A DNA stretch of 31,273 bases, from the NCBI GenBank assembly GCA_900617105.1, contig UYFQ01000018.1, positions 62,001 to 93,273 of the forward strand, in the 5' to 3' direction. Under the pieces are notes generated by a model, which did not search any database, was not told the origin of the DNA, and saw only the letters and a list, made by a program, of their open reading frames with translations. Positions 16,004 through 26,297 of this stretch are shown one piece after another. Every line of letters begins with the position of its first letter. The stretch's first letter is position 1. The position numbers and the translations under genes are program-made. Source of the DNA: Hydrurus foetidus. Taxonomy: Eukaryota.

Positions 16004-16415
16004 TACTGTCATACCAGTTTCATCTGGTCTCTTTTCGGAGCTTACGCTATGTTTAACTATCATCATCAGAGGAGCAAATTGTCCGATTGCAGTGACTGCT
16101 ATTACTGCCCTTATTCTCAATTTTGAATTTGATGTTCCAATACTGCTTGCTCTCTGCTGATTACCAAGGCAATACATATACGAAGGACCTATTGCCCATG
16201 TGAAAGCCGTTAAATCAAAACTACAGAAAGTATGTGGATTGTGTTGGTTTCGTAAATATATTTCTTGACCTATTCTTAGTGTATCTGCGACAATGTTATC
16301 ATCGGGTATCACTGTATCTCCACGAGTTATTTTTCTTCTCGATAATCCCCCTCTCTTAAGAAATGCCTTGACCCATTTATTAGAAAATTTTAGGGCATTT
16401 GTTTTTTCGTTCAGC

Positions 16416-17100
16416 TTTCAGTCTGTCCTGTCATTCAGTTTCTCGCGACTTCAAGTCAATCGTTTGGCCTAGCACGTTGAGCTTCGAGTCTGTTCTCTCG
16501 CTCTGCTCATTCAGCTAGTTCTCCAGCGCAGCATATTGCCATTCTATTCTCCTGAGCAGGTCACAGAGCTTTCTGTTTGTACTCTCGTCCAGCTCTTTGA
16601 ACTTCTTGTCCATCCTTTGGCCCAGCTCATGAAGCTTTGAGTCCGTTCTCTCGCTGCACTAATTGAGCTTTTTGCTTGTTCTCTCGCTACACTCATTGAA
16701 CTTCGATTCTATCCTCTTGCAGTGCTCATTGAATATCCTGTCTATCGTCTCCTTTTGCTCATTCAGGTTCGATTCTGTCCCCTTATTTTGCTCGTTGAGC
16801 TTCAAATCTATCTTCTCTCCCAGCTTCGAGTCTATCCTCTCATTCTGCTCGTCCAGGTTCGATTCTGTCCTTTTATTCTGCTCATTAAACTTCACGTCCA
16901 TTTTCTCGCCCAGCTCATTGAACTTCGAGTCTGTTTTCTCGTTCAGTTTCTCGCCGAGATCATAGAACTTCGAATCTATTTTCTCATTTTGCTCATTGAA
17001 TCCTCGTTTGTTATCTCGCCGAGCTCATTGAGTTTCGAGTCTGTCCTCTCGTACTGCTCATTGAGCTTCGATTCAATCCTCTCGCCCAGCTCATCTCGTT
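16416..17100 (-). pseudogene. Decayed coiled-coil repeat protein fragment (33-bp / 11-aa units plus shorter variants)
   Basis: Repeats such as KLNEQNKRTES, NLDEQNERIDS and KLGEKIDL, with stops and frameshifts. Confidence 0.7.
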
Positions 17101-17215
17101 CGCGATATGAGGTACCGGTTACAGAGATCTGGGACTGATGACAGAGATTAGGATCGGGACCGGTTACAGCAAGAATAGCAGAATACGTTTTAAAAACGGT
17201 GTATTTCGGTACTTC

Positions 17216-17488
17216 TGTAGTCGCGGCCGGATTCGAGTACGAAGAATCCGGGTAAAGACGGTATGCTGGAGTAAACTGTTAGGTTAGTTACAGTTTGTGA
17301 AAGAAGCGAGCAAGCAGCTAACAACAGACACAAACGATAGGCTACAAGGGTGCTGATGCTGATGAGCGTCCGTTACCGGTGGACAGTTGATGTGGATGAA
17401 AATAGACTATGGGTGCGTGAATTATATACATACGTGAATATATACAAACGTATATAAAGTGTACGGTGAACGTACGTGCTAGGCTACA
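17216..17488 (-). repeat. 3' LTR of gypsy 1
   Basis: Direct repeat of 23119-23391, with TG...CA termini. Confidence 0.97.
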
Positions 17489-17504
17489 CTACTCCTTCCT
17501 CCTT
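17489..17504 (-). other. Polypurine tract of gypsy 1
   Basis: AAGGAGGAAGGAGTAG on minus, immediately before the 3' LTR. Confidence 0.9.
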
Positions 17505-17819
17505 AAAATTTAAGTTAAGTGAAAGAAAATGAATATGAGTGGAAATACATGTGGTAACGTATAGCTCATTTGAAAAAGGTGCCACTTCAAATTATTCAGG
17601 GATCCCATACGCCTATCTATCGTCAAAGATTTGGTAGTATGTGTGGATATGAAAATCAAAATGTTGTCGACACGATTTTCATCGGCGGCACTCCTTAGAG
17701 TCGGGGTATAATATCTAAACAATTATGTCAGACTCTTACTGACTAAAAACTCCCAAAAAGAATGTTGACCGACAACAAACAAAAATAGGGTTGAAATCCA
17801 TCATGGATATTGTTTAGTA

Positions 17820-20800
17820 TTATATATTTGTATCTACAACGTTCGTAAACTTTCTAGGTATTAAACGTTGAAGATTGTTAGATGTCAAGTATTCGTGTAA
17901 TTTTTCGGTATCACGAAGATTGGCATAGGATGTCCATGAATTGTGTTCATCGGCATAACCTAACCATTTGACAAGGAATTCTAACGAAGTTTTGCGTTGT
18001 AAGTCACCACGATGTTCAAGGATATTCTCAATATAAAATTCCATATAATCATGACGAGCAACGTCTAATGGTTCAACACGTAGTGGATCAAAAAGAAAAG
18101 GTTTCATATCTGAAACATGATATTCTTTTTCGACATGAGAGATAAGATCATAAAGGGTAAACCTTGAGTTTGATCCGGAAATAACTCTCATAGGACCACG
18201 CCAGAACGTATGAAGACGTGTAGGCGGGTGACCTGTACGGTAATGTACCAATACATACGTTCCGGGTTGGAAATCCGTATGTTGTAATTGTTTTTATGTG
18301 TCATATGAAGTAAGTCAGTGCGAAGAAGCTCTTTAGCAGCTGCTTTTCTAAGACTATCTTGTGTCTTGAGAAGGTTACTCATATAGACTGACATAGATTT
18401 CTTTGAAGGAGGAACTTCGTCAATTGGACGGAACATACCACGATCAAGATTAACACAGTTACCAAACAGTAATTGTGCAGAAGATATCTTTAAACGATCA
18501 CTATGATTTGAATTAATTATTCTCATAACGAAAGGTAAAGCTAATTTGTAATCTTCTAATGAAGTGTTGTCGTATGTGAGTGATCGGATGTGACGGTTAA
18601 TCTCTTTGTTCATACGTTCAACAATAGCATTTTCCTCCTTAGAGTAAGCTAATGTTAAACAGTGTCGAGTACCAACAAACGATAAAACTCACGTATTACG
18701 TCAGCAATAAAGTGGGGACCGTTATCTGATCTTAACTGATGAGGTGCTCCGAAACGACCAAAATGTTGTATTAGACATTGGGCGGCGGATAGTGCAGTTG
18801 AATCAGTAGTATGATACAATTCAGTCCAACGAGTGAATGTATCAATGATAACGAGGATATGTCCTCCGTCAGGAAATGGACCGACAAAGTCGATGTTTAA
18901 ACATTCCATAGGGTAATACGACGAAGTCGTAAAAGGATGAGCATGAATAGGTATTTTAATCATACTCATCTTTTGACATTGTGGGCAAAAGTCAATGAAA
19001 TATCTAACATGATTTTCCATGAATTCCCACTTATGTTGATTTGCTTTCAATCGTTTCATAGTTCTGGCTAGTCCAAAATGACCAACCATAGAATTGTGAA
19101 CTGATGATATAGCATTGTATTGCATATCGGTGAGTTGAATTTTCGGAATAATAGCTGCTGCAAGAATCATATCTGCAGAGTATTCCTTAGGTGAGTCGAT
19201 CATATTGTTACGACATAGTCGAGACATAGAGTCGGCGATATCATTATCAACACCTTTAATAAATTCAATTTTATATGTATACTCTGAGAGTGCTACATAC
19301 CACCGAACAATCATTGGATTAGAATTGTTATATATGTATAACAGATTTCTATGATCCGTTCGAATTGTAAATAATCTATCACGTAAAAGTGATTGTAGAA
19401 AAATACAAGAATAGTAAATTGCATAAGCTTCCTTTTGAATAGTGGACCAACGAAGTTGAGACCCAGAAAGAGATTTGCTTACAAATGCAACCGGATAGTC
19501 CTTTCCATCAATAGTCTGGAAGAGGTAACCACCGATACCATAATCAGATGCATCAGTGTGCAACGTGATTGGTGCAGTATCACTAATGAAATGAATGGTA
19601 GTACATTTCGATACTTGTTCCTTTATTTCATTAAAAGCAGAAGTTGCTTCTGGTGTCCATACTATCCGTTTTGTTCTTTGATAATTTGTAAGTAACGCAT
19701 GTAACGGTCTTACTATCGTAGACTGATTTCTGATGAAATCACGGAAATAGTTTACCAATCCAAGAAAACTTTTAAGTTGTTTGGATACAGTAGGACAAGG
19801 AAAATCCAAAACTAATTGGATTTTACTCTGGGACATTCTAAGTCCCTCTTGTGATATAACCTTACCAACAAATTTTAAATCGGCATAGCCAAGATAACAT
19901 TTGGATGGTTTAAGGATCATTTTATGGAGACGAACGCGAGAAAAGAATTCTCGCAGTCGTGCAACAAAGTTGTCAGGACTGTTTCCAAAAATGTTAACGT
20001 CATCGATATAAATTTCTAAAATTCTATAAAGTAACGTATTTAACACTTCAGTAGCAATCATCTCTTGAAAATAAGAAGGTGCTTGCTTTAGACCAAAAGG
20101 TAGTCTAGTAAACTGATAGACACCACTATATAATATAAACGAAGTATATTTTTAGTAGCGAGTGTTAATGCGGCTTGATGGTATGCTTGAGCAAAATCCA
20201 CCGTGCCAAAGATCGTCGGTTTCTGAGAACCGATTCTCTGTAACATTTCCGTTATGTTCGGTACGGGCCAAGAGGCATGTTCCGTACATTCGTTCAAGTT
20301 ACGGTAATCTATAACGAATCTTTTAGATCCGTCAGCCTTAGTTACTAAAAATCCTTGGCTATAATAAGCCGCCGTGGATTTCTCAATAATACCCTGCTCA
20401 ATGAGGATATTTAATTGTCTAGTAATCTCCTTCTGATTGGCTGCTGATTGAGGTCTAGGTGGTTGTCTATTTTTAGAGACACGCCACTTAGGGTCCTGAA
20501 CAACCAGATCAAAAGGAGGAATAGAAGCAGGCTGAGATGAAAGTGTATTTGAAAAGATATCTCTGTATTCAATACAGAGTAGTCTAATCAACTCCTGAAG
20601 TTCAGGAGTACCCGATATGTTAATCAGGGATACTGGGTCAACCGGTTCCGGATTGGTATCCGGTAACCAAGGTGAAAAGGTACTAGCCTCATGTTCACCG
20701 ATTTCATCATCATCTGGCATAGCCAGTTGAGATGTATTCTCGGATTGAATGACGAGAGAAGCTAGTAGACCTGATACAATAACCCTTTGGGGTGTTACTG

Positions 20801-23018
20801 AGGTCGCTGCCCTGTGCACTATATTAGTCGATGCTAATTGACTAGGCAACTCGAGGAATATTTGTGATTCCCGAATTGTCACTCGTCCGATCACAACATC
20901 GACTGAAGACTTGTTTAAAATAATTGCTTTGAAATTTAAAAAAGTATTTTTATTTAAACGTTCAGAAAAGTAAGTCATTTTCAAATTTATAGACTTAGAA
21001 ATGTTATAACATTTTCCATCTAAGGCTGAACAAACAGTCAGTGTCTTGTCGAAAATAATAAATTCTTCTAAATGAAAATTCTTAATTACACGCATGGCAA
21101 CAAAATTGCCGGCGAGCGATCCCGTATCGATCAGCACTTGGACTTCATTTCTTGGCTGGCTGGGCTGTGACACATAGGTGACAGTAGCAGTTAGAAAGTC
21201 GGCTGACGAAAGGTTCGTAAGAGCTCCCAATATGGAAGAAGGAATAACAACATCAGTGAAACTAATAGTTGATGATAACTTACTTGTCTTCTTTAAGCTC
21301 TTTTGCTTAGTGACCGGCTTAGACGGACCCTCCGGTACAGCCGAGGCTGACGCGGTAGCAGTAGAAGAAGAGGAAGAAGAGGAGGTGGTAGGCACGTACG
21401 CTCCTCTTGCAACCAATGCATCAGGGTAATCCTTTTTCAGTTTCTTAAATGCATTGCTATCAGCATATGCACTGTCAGAAGAATTGAAGTAGGGTGATGC
21501 AGTAAATCTACACACAGAGATAGTGTGATTAGATCTTCCACAACCAACACAGACCTGTACGGTGCGAGTGGTTGAGGGATTCGAAGACTTTGCAGTCTTC
21601 GCGGACTTAGCACGTGGTTTGATGGTGTCCTCATCAGGCTCAGCAGCGCGTTTGGAGATAGGCTTATCTTTAGAACGCGTAGCTGGGCCTGGAGTAACCT
21701 CATAACCAGCAGCCCGAAGCTCGTTAGCTGAGTTTCTGAGAGTAGTCAGTTGCGTCCACCAAACGAATCGAAAATCTTTCAAATCGTTGATTGGAACAGT
21801 CTCACCGTTCACCTTGCGGCGTAAGATGAGCTGCCAATTGACGGGGTGGGTAGGCAACTGACGCTCTAGAATCTTAACAGCCTTAAGCTGTTCCTCAGCA
21901 GTAGTGCTGGGGAAATTTGCTACCAATGCACCAAGGGCAGTATCGTTACAGGAGTCAGTCTCAATGTTGTTCAAATCAAATCTGAAATTGAACGATGAGA
22001 CTTGCTCGAGGAACGATGCCTGACCCAAAGGTGTATCGATGGACTCATCAGGTACTGCCTTGAGGAGTTCTTTGCAGAATCTCTCGGTAGTCCATGACTT
22101 CCACTCTTCGCACTCGTCGCGAATTGCTCTCTCAGTGCAATACTGCCTTTGCAGGAGTGTTACAAGAGATTGCTCGACGTCTAATGGTACCACGTCAAGA
22201 AACGTATAGGGGCAACCATTCTTGCGAAGGTCGTTGGTGATGCTTAAAACTTCCAGATGAGTTGGAACCTTGCTGAGCTTTCTAACCTTTTCATGAGGTA
22301 ATAGATAGCGTGCAGCAAGGTTTGAAACAACAACATCGGTAGTAACACCACCAACGGTAGCAAAAGTTGCCACACTCTGAACATTACTGTTCATGACATT
22401 GCTGTCGGAAGTGGGCAACAGGGAATCGGTTTGCACCGGGTTTGCAGGCAAAACTGCGGCAGATAACACAGGCAGCACAGGCAAAGCAGGTAAACATCAC
22501 GCACAATGACAGGTAGTGGCGTGATGTCGGTGGCGGCGATGGCGGTGATGGCGGTGATGTCGGCGGTGGCGGCTATCATCGTGGATGATGATGGTGATGG
22601 TGCTGGTGGCGAAGGCGCCGGCTCCAAAAATACTCCATCCACTCGCTGGGGAAGTTGTTGATGTTCAACAGAGACTTCCCCGCTTGGGATATCGCTAGAT
22701 CCGCTGTAAAAGCTCCAGATGGAGCGGAAGATGGCTGCAAAAAATTTTGCAAGGGGTTTCCCCCTCCCACGCCGGGGGCCAAATTCGAGAAGGGTTAGAG
22801 GCGATAGATAGATGGGCTGCGACATCAGTCGCAGCAACAGATGGATCTGGAAGCGAGGGAGGATTCGCCGAGTCGGAATCTCCCGTTGTGCTAGCGTCCT
22901 GGCTGTTGGCGACGATTTCGTCGACAGCGTCAGTTGATGGCGCTTCCTGTGAAATCGACAGGGGAGCCGTCGAAACGGCCGATACCCTGGAAAGTCTTCG
23001 TCGGTTGCTGGAAACCAT
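17820..23018 (-). CDS. Gag-Pol polyprotein of gypsy 1 (~1730 aa once six single-base homopolymer deletions are repaired)
   Basis: CCHC knuckle CVGCGRSNHTISVC; protease LIDTGS; RT RFVIDYRNLN, LPFGL, YIDD; RNase H DASDYGIGG, KEAYA, TDHRNL, ADSMSR; integrase HHCC, IDFVGP, SDNGPHF, ENAIVER; chromodomain YIENILEHR...FLVKWLGYADEHNSW. Confidence 0.93.
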
Positions 23019-23118
23019 ACTGGTGATCAGTGCCAGATGGTCGTCGGATGTCGGCGGTTGAAAATCTATCTAGCTCTCCAGTAACGAGAGTTCGTCTAAC
23101 AACTCTCAATATTAATAT

Positions 23119-23391
23119 TGTAGTCGCGGCCGGATTCGAGTACGAAGAATCCGGGTAAAGACGGTATGCTGGAGTAAACTGTTAGGTTAGTTACAGTTTG
23201 TGAAAGAAGCGAGCAAGCAGCTAACAACAGACACAAACGATAGGCTACAAGGGTGCTGATGCTGATGAGCGTCCGTTACCGGTGGACAGTTGATGTGGAT
23301 GAAAATAGACTATGGGTGCGTGAATTATATACATACGTGAATATATACAAACGTATATAAAGTGTACGGTGAACGTACGTGCTAGGCTACA
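23119..23391 (-). repeat. 5' LTR of gypsy 1
   Basis: Direct repeat of 17216-17488. Confidence 0.97.
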
Positions 23392-23699
23392 CTTCTGACC
23401 AATTTTACCTAGTACAACTTCATTTTTTTGGAAAAAGAAATAACCTACCTAAAAACGGAAAAACATCTACCTGTATTCGCTTACAGCGAAAAGTCGTCAA
23501 TAGAATGTTTCCGCAAGAAAATTTTGGGTACCAGTCACCAGCTAAAAACTTTTTTGCCCAAAACGTTTCGGAATTCCACTCTGAGAAATTGGCCACTGTC
23601 ACTGGAGTCTCAGAGATTGTGAAAAATATCTTTGTCGAAGGTATAACTTGGCAACGAGGTTCACATCGAGACAGAAATTTCCATATTTCATGCCGAAAA

Positions 23700-24455
23700 A
23701 TGGACAGCTGCTCTAGCGAGGATGTGCCGAAGGCCAAACGAGTCAGAGCCACCAAACTCGAGGCATGCCTACAGCAGGTCAAGGTCAGCAAATGCCATCT
23801 TGGCAAAGGACTCACCGCAAAATACGAGCTTGTCGCTTCAATTTTGAATGCCAAAAATGAACATTTCAAGGATAGTGTTTTAACTGGACCAGAGCTCAAT
23901 GCAAAAGTTGACAAAGCAATAATCAATTATGAGGGCAAGTTTCTATGCATAGAGGCAAATAAGTCAGGATTTGAAGGTAATCGCGACGACGAAACGAATT
24001 ACATGTCGATCGAACTCCTGGTGAAATCTCTGTACGAGGACATAAAGAAGGAGGAGGAAGCTAAAGTAGCCGCGAAATCAGGCTTGGACGATCTGAGCAA
24101 ACAGAAGGCAGGGTTGAAGGCTTCTGCATTGGGACTTTCAAATCGGACAATGAAAGCAGCAATCAGCAGGATGGCATCCTCTGATATATCCTCGGGAGGA
24201 CATCAGAGCAGATCCTCCACGGAAAACTCACCAGTTCCAACTGAGGATCCTATGGGCTCATTCCTTGAAAGCTTTGCGAAATCGAAGACTCAGGAGGCAA
24301 CAATCAGCATGGAGCGTTGGGAAGAGGAGAAAAGAGTGTCAAACATTCGTGTGGCAATGGCAGAGAGAAATATGCTTTTACAGGAAAAGAAATTGAAGCT
24401 TGCTGAGGACAAGCTGCGGTATGATTTGTTACTACTGAAGTCTCAAAACCGCTGA
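23700..24455 (+). CDS. Putative Harbinger accessory DNA-binding (Myb/SANT-like) protein of Harbinger 2
   Basis: Open frame from ATG 23700 (MDSCSSED...KYELVASILN...SGFEG...ELLVKSLYED, coiled-coil C-terminus), convergent with the transposase (stops ~55 bp apart). Function and exact start are inferred. Confidence 0.6.
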   Translation: MDSCSSEDVPKAKRVRATKLEACLQQVKVSKCHLGKGLTAKYELVASILNAKNEHFKDSVLTGPELNAKVDKAIINYEGKFLCIEANKSGFEGNRDDETNYMSIELLVKSLYEDIKKEEEAKVAAKSGLDDLSKQKAGLKASALGLSNRTMKAAISRMASSDISSGGHQSRSSTENSPVPTEDPMGSFLESFAKSKTQEATISMERWEEEKRVSNIRVAMAERNMLLQEKKLKLAEDKLRYDLLLLKSQNR

Positions 24456-24508
24456 ATTTTTACCTAAAATCGACTTAAAATTTACATACGCTTACAGACA
24501 TTAAATGA

Positions 24509-25271
24509 TTAATTAAGCCACTCTTCAATGCTAAGTGGAATGCAATCAAAGAATTTGAAAGTTTTATTTTTATTCAAACATACATAACAATTACGTAGTA
24601 TCATCGCTGCAACAAAAGTTTCTTTAACTGGAGTTTTTGAAAGTTGCTGTTCATTGGAGTAATCAATGAAGGGGAACATGGTTTTTATTTCACGATAATG
24701 CGACTCAACATGTTCCCTACAACTACTCATCACTCTGTTCTCTAAACGCTCTACTTCAGTTATATCATTACCTTTATATCTAGAGAGTAAACATGACATC
24801 CATGGGAAAATCGAGTCACCGTACATTTTGAACAAGTCATTAGGATCACTCTGTCTGAGCTGTTTCAAGCTTTGAATTTATTTCACTATTTGCCAGCTAG
24901 GTGAGATCACTATGTCTTGAAGACAGTCCACTTCAAGCAAATATAGTCATACCGCAAGGAGATTCTACGGTACCATACTTCATCCCACAGTCAGCGAGCC
25001 ATCCGTTGTAGAAGACCTTCTGCAACCACCCTGGTGGGTCTCTTCTTGCTGCATCAGGACAATCCACTGCCGGTCCGGCACCAGGACACGAAATTATCTG
25101 ATTGCAACAATCTGTGACCATCGCGATGCGGAACTGATGAGGCAAAAAATTGAGTTGGTCGCCTGAAAGCGCTACAACTTTGGATCGAATGGCCTCAGCG
25201 AACCTAGCAAAAGGCGGCACCCAAAAGTTCAAGCTATCGTATAGTCACCATCCGTGTTTACTCTCCATCAA
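24509..25271 (-). pseudogene. Harbinger-type DDE_Tnp_4 transposase, C-terminal part, cut by gypsy 2
   Basis: Motifs AMVTDC, LQKVFYNGW..CGMKY..VESPCGM, SRHSD, MYGDSIF, ENRVMSSCREHVE, AMILRNCYVCL...FFDCIPLSIEEWL; several stops and a frameshift. Confidence 0.88.
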
Positions 25272-25514
25272 TGTCACGAAAGATCAAAATCTTGTGACGG
25301 CCACGTGGTCACTGTAGCCGTCTGGGGTCCTCGGGACCTTGGACCCCATTCCGTCTGTTTGGGTACATACCCAAACACACTGCAGACTTCTAGGTAGACT
25401 CCTAGCACCCTGTTAGGATGTTTCCCTGGTCATCACACAGTTCAACAACCCCTTGTAAGCCTAATCCAACACCTCCTAGCCCTCTAGCCTAGTTCCTTCA
25501 GGGCCACAGTGACA
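25272..25514 (+). repeat. Putative 5' LTR of gypsy 2
   Basis: TGTCAC...GTGACA terminal inverted repeat starting where the Harbinger transposase frame is cut; the second LTR is not in the window. Confidence 0.7.
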
Positions 25515-26297
25515 TCACTACCCACCAGCATCCATAGTTTCCTAGTGTTCATTCGTGTTTTCCGCCGTCTTCCAGTGCTTCGCTGAAAAGTTTAAAAAAT
25601 CCCTCGTGAAGAGAACTTTCCAGAGTTCCCTTTACTCCGAGATCGATTGTTTTTGGCGGTGCAACGTGCTATTCGAGAGGAACTCGAAAACCGCTGCCCA
25701 ACTCCGGAGATTACCTACGCCGACGACGATCCAGATCGTCCGCCTGACAATCCTCCTTCTAATCCATCAACTTTCATCGACCCACGTCCGTGGACAGTAG
25801 CTCCTACAGTCCTACGTCATTCTCTTGAGAGAGAAACCGCGAGTTCATCGCTTTATAACGCCTCTAATTACTACTCTACTCCTTCCACACGCCCAGCACT
25901 TTCTTGCGCAACCCCTGCACCTTCAGCTTTTAAGCGAAGTCGACCGATTTTCAAACCGAGAACAGTTGAGAAGCGACTTCCAGTAAATTCGCTCCGCTGT
26001 ATACCGAGGTTTCAACACGAAACCTTGTCGAATTTGTTGGAAACCAACGAATTTCTGAGTGTTACGCCTGTTTCTGTTTTGCAAACTCGACCAACTTATA
26101 AGTCGACATTCCCACCGGTTCAACAAACCGAGTCAAACCTAAGCAATCCACTTAGAGAGAAAAACGTTCCGGGGTTATATCCCGTTGAGCGTGGAAACGC
26201 TTCTTACGAGGCGTCGGGAGATAGTTTTCTATACGAAAATCTCCAGAATATAATTCCAACACTTCGTGTTAAATTATTGACTGAAAAGTCTCACCTT

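Larger units (their letters stand above)
14418..16415 (-). pseudogene. pogo/Tigger-like (Tc1/mariner superfamily, DDE_1) transposase, 5'-truncated, with two nested insertions
   Basis: CENP-B HTH end (LKFSNKWVKAFLKRGGLSRRKIT), FDLTAFTWAIGP, KLRIRAVIAVTAIGQFAPLMMIVK, SWND, CDNCGNH, FLPPNMTSELQ..NGPL, acidic C-terminus ending TAA at 14418-14420. The frame rejoins across both insertions. Confidence 0.88.
17216..23391 (-). mobile_element. Full-length Ty3/gypsy chromovirus-type LTR retrotransposon 1 (6176 bp)
   Basis: Two 273-bp LTRs (TGTAG...CTACA), identical by eye; 4-bp TSD CTTC at 17212-17215 and 23392-23395; PPT; domain order gag-PR-RT-RH-IN-chromodomain. Confidence 0.97.

Noticed and set aside
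16416..17100. 33-bp periodic array as a CRISPR-like locus
   Set aside because: Units are degenerate and codon-structured, with no unique spacers and no cas genes; eukaryotic context.
17105..17215. Possible left TIR of Harbinger 2 (repeated ACCGGTTACAG)
   Set aside because: No clear TAA/TTA target site and the partner end is outside the window.
17211..17215. 5-bp TSD ACTTC for gypsy 1
   Set aside because: It would need the terminal A of the LTR's CA; the TGTAG/CTACA termini support the 4-bp CTTC.
17820..23018. Programmed ribosomal frameshifting in gypsy 1
   Set aside because: Six shifts, some inside RT and integrase, all at short homopolymers; sequencing error is far more parsimonious.
23379..23699. 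N-terminal extension of the 358-aa ORF
   Set aside because: It starts at a GTG inside the LTR and crosses the insertion junction; likely a fortuitous open frame, though ATG 23505 cannot be excluded.
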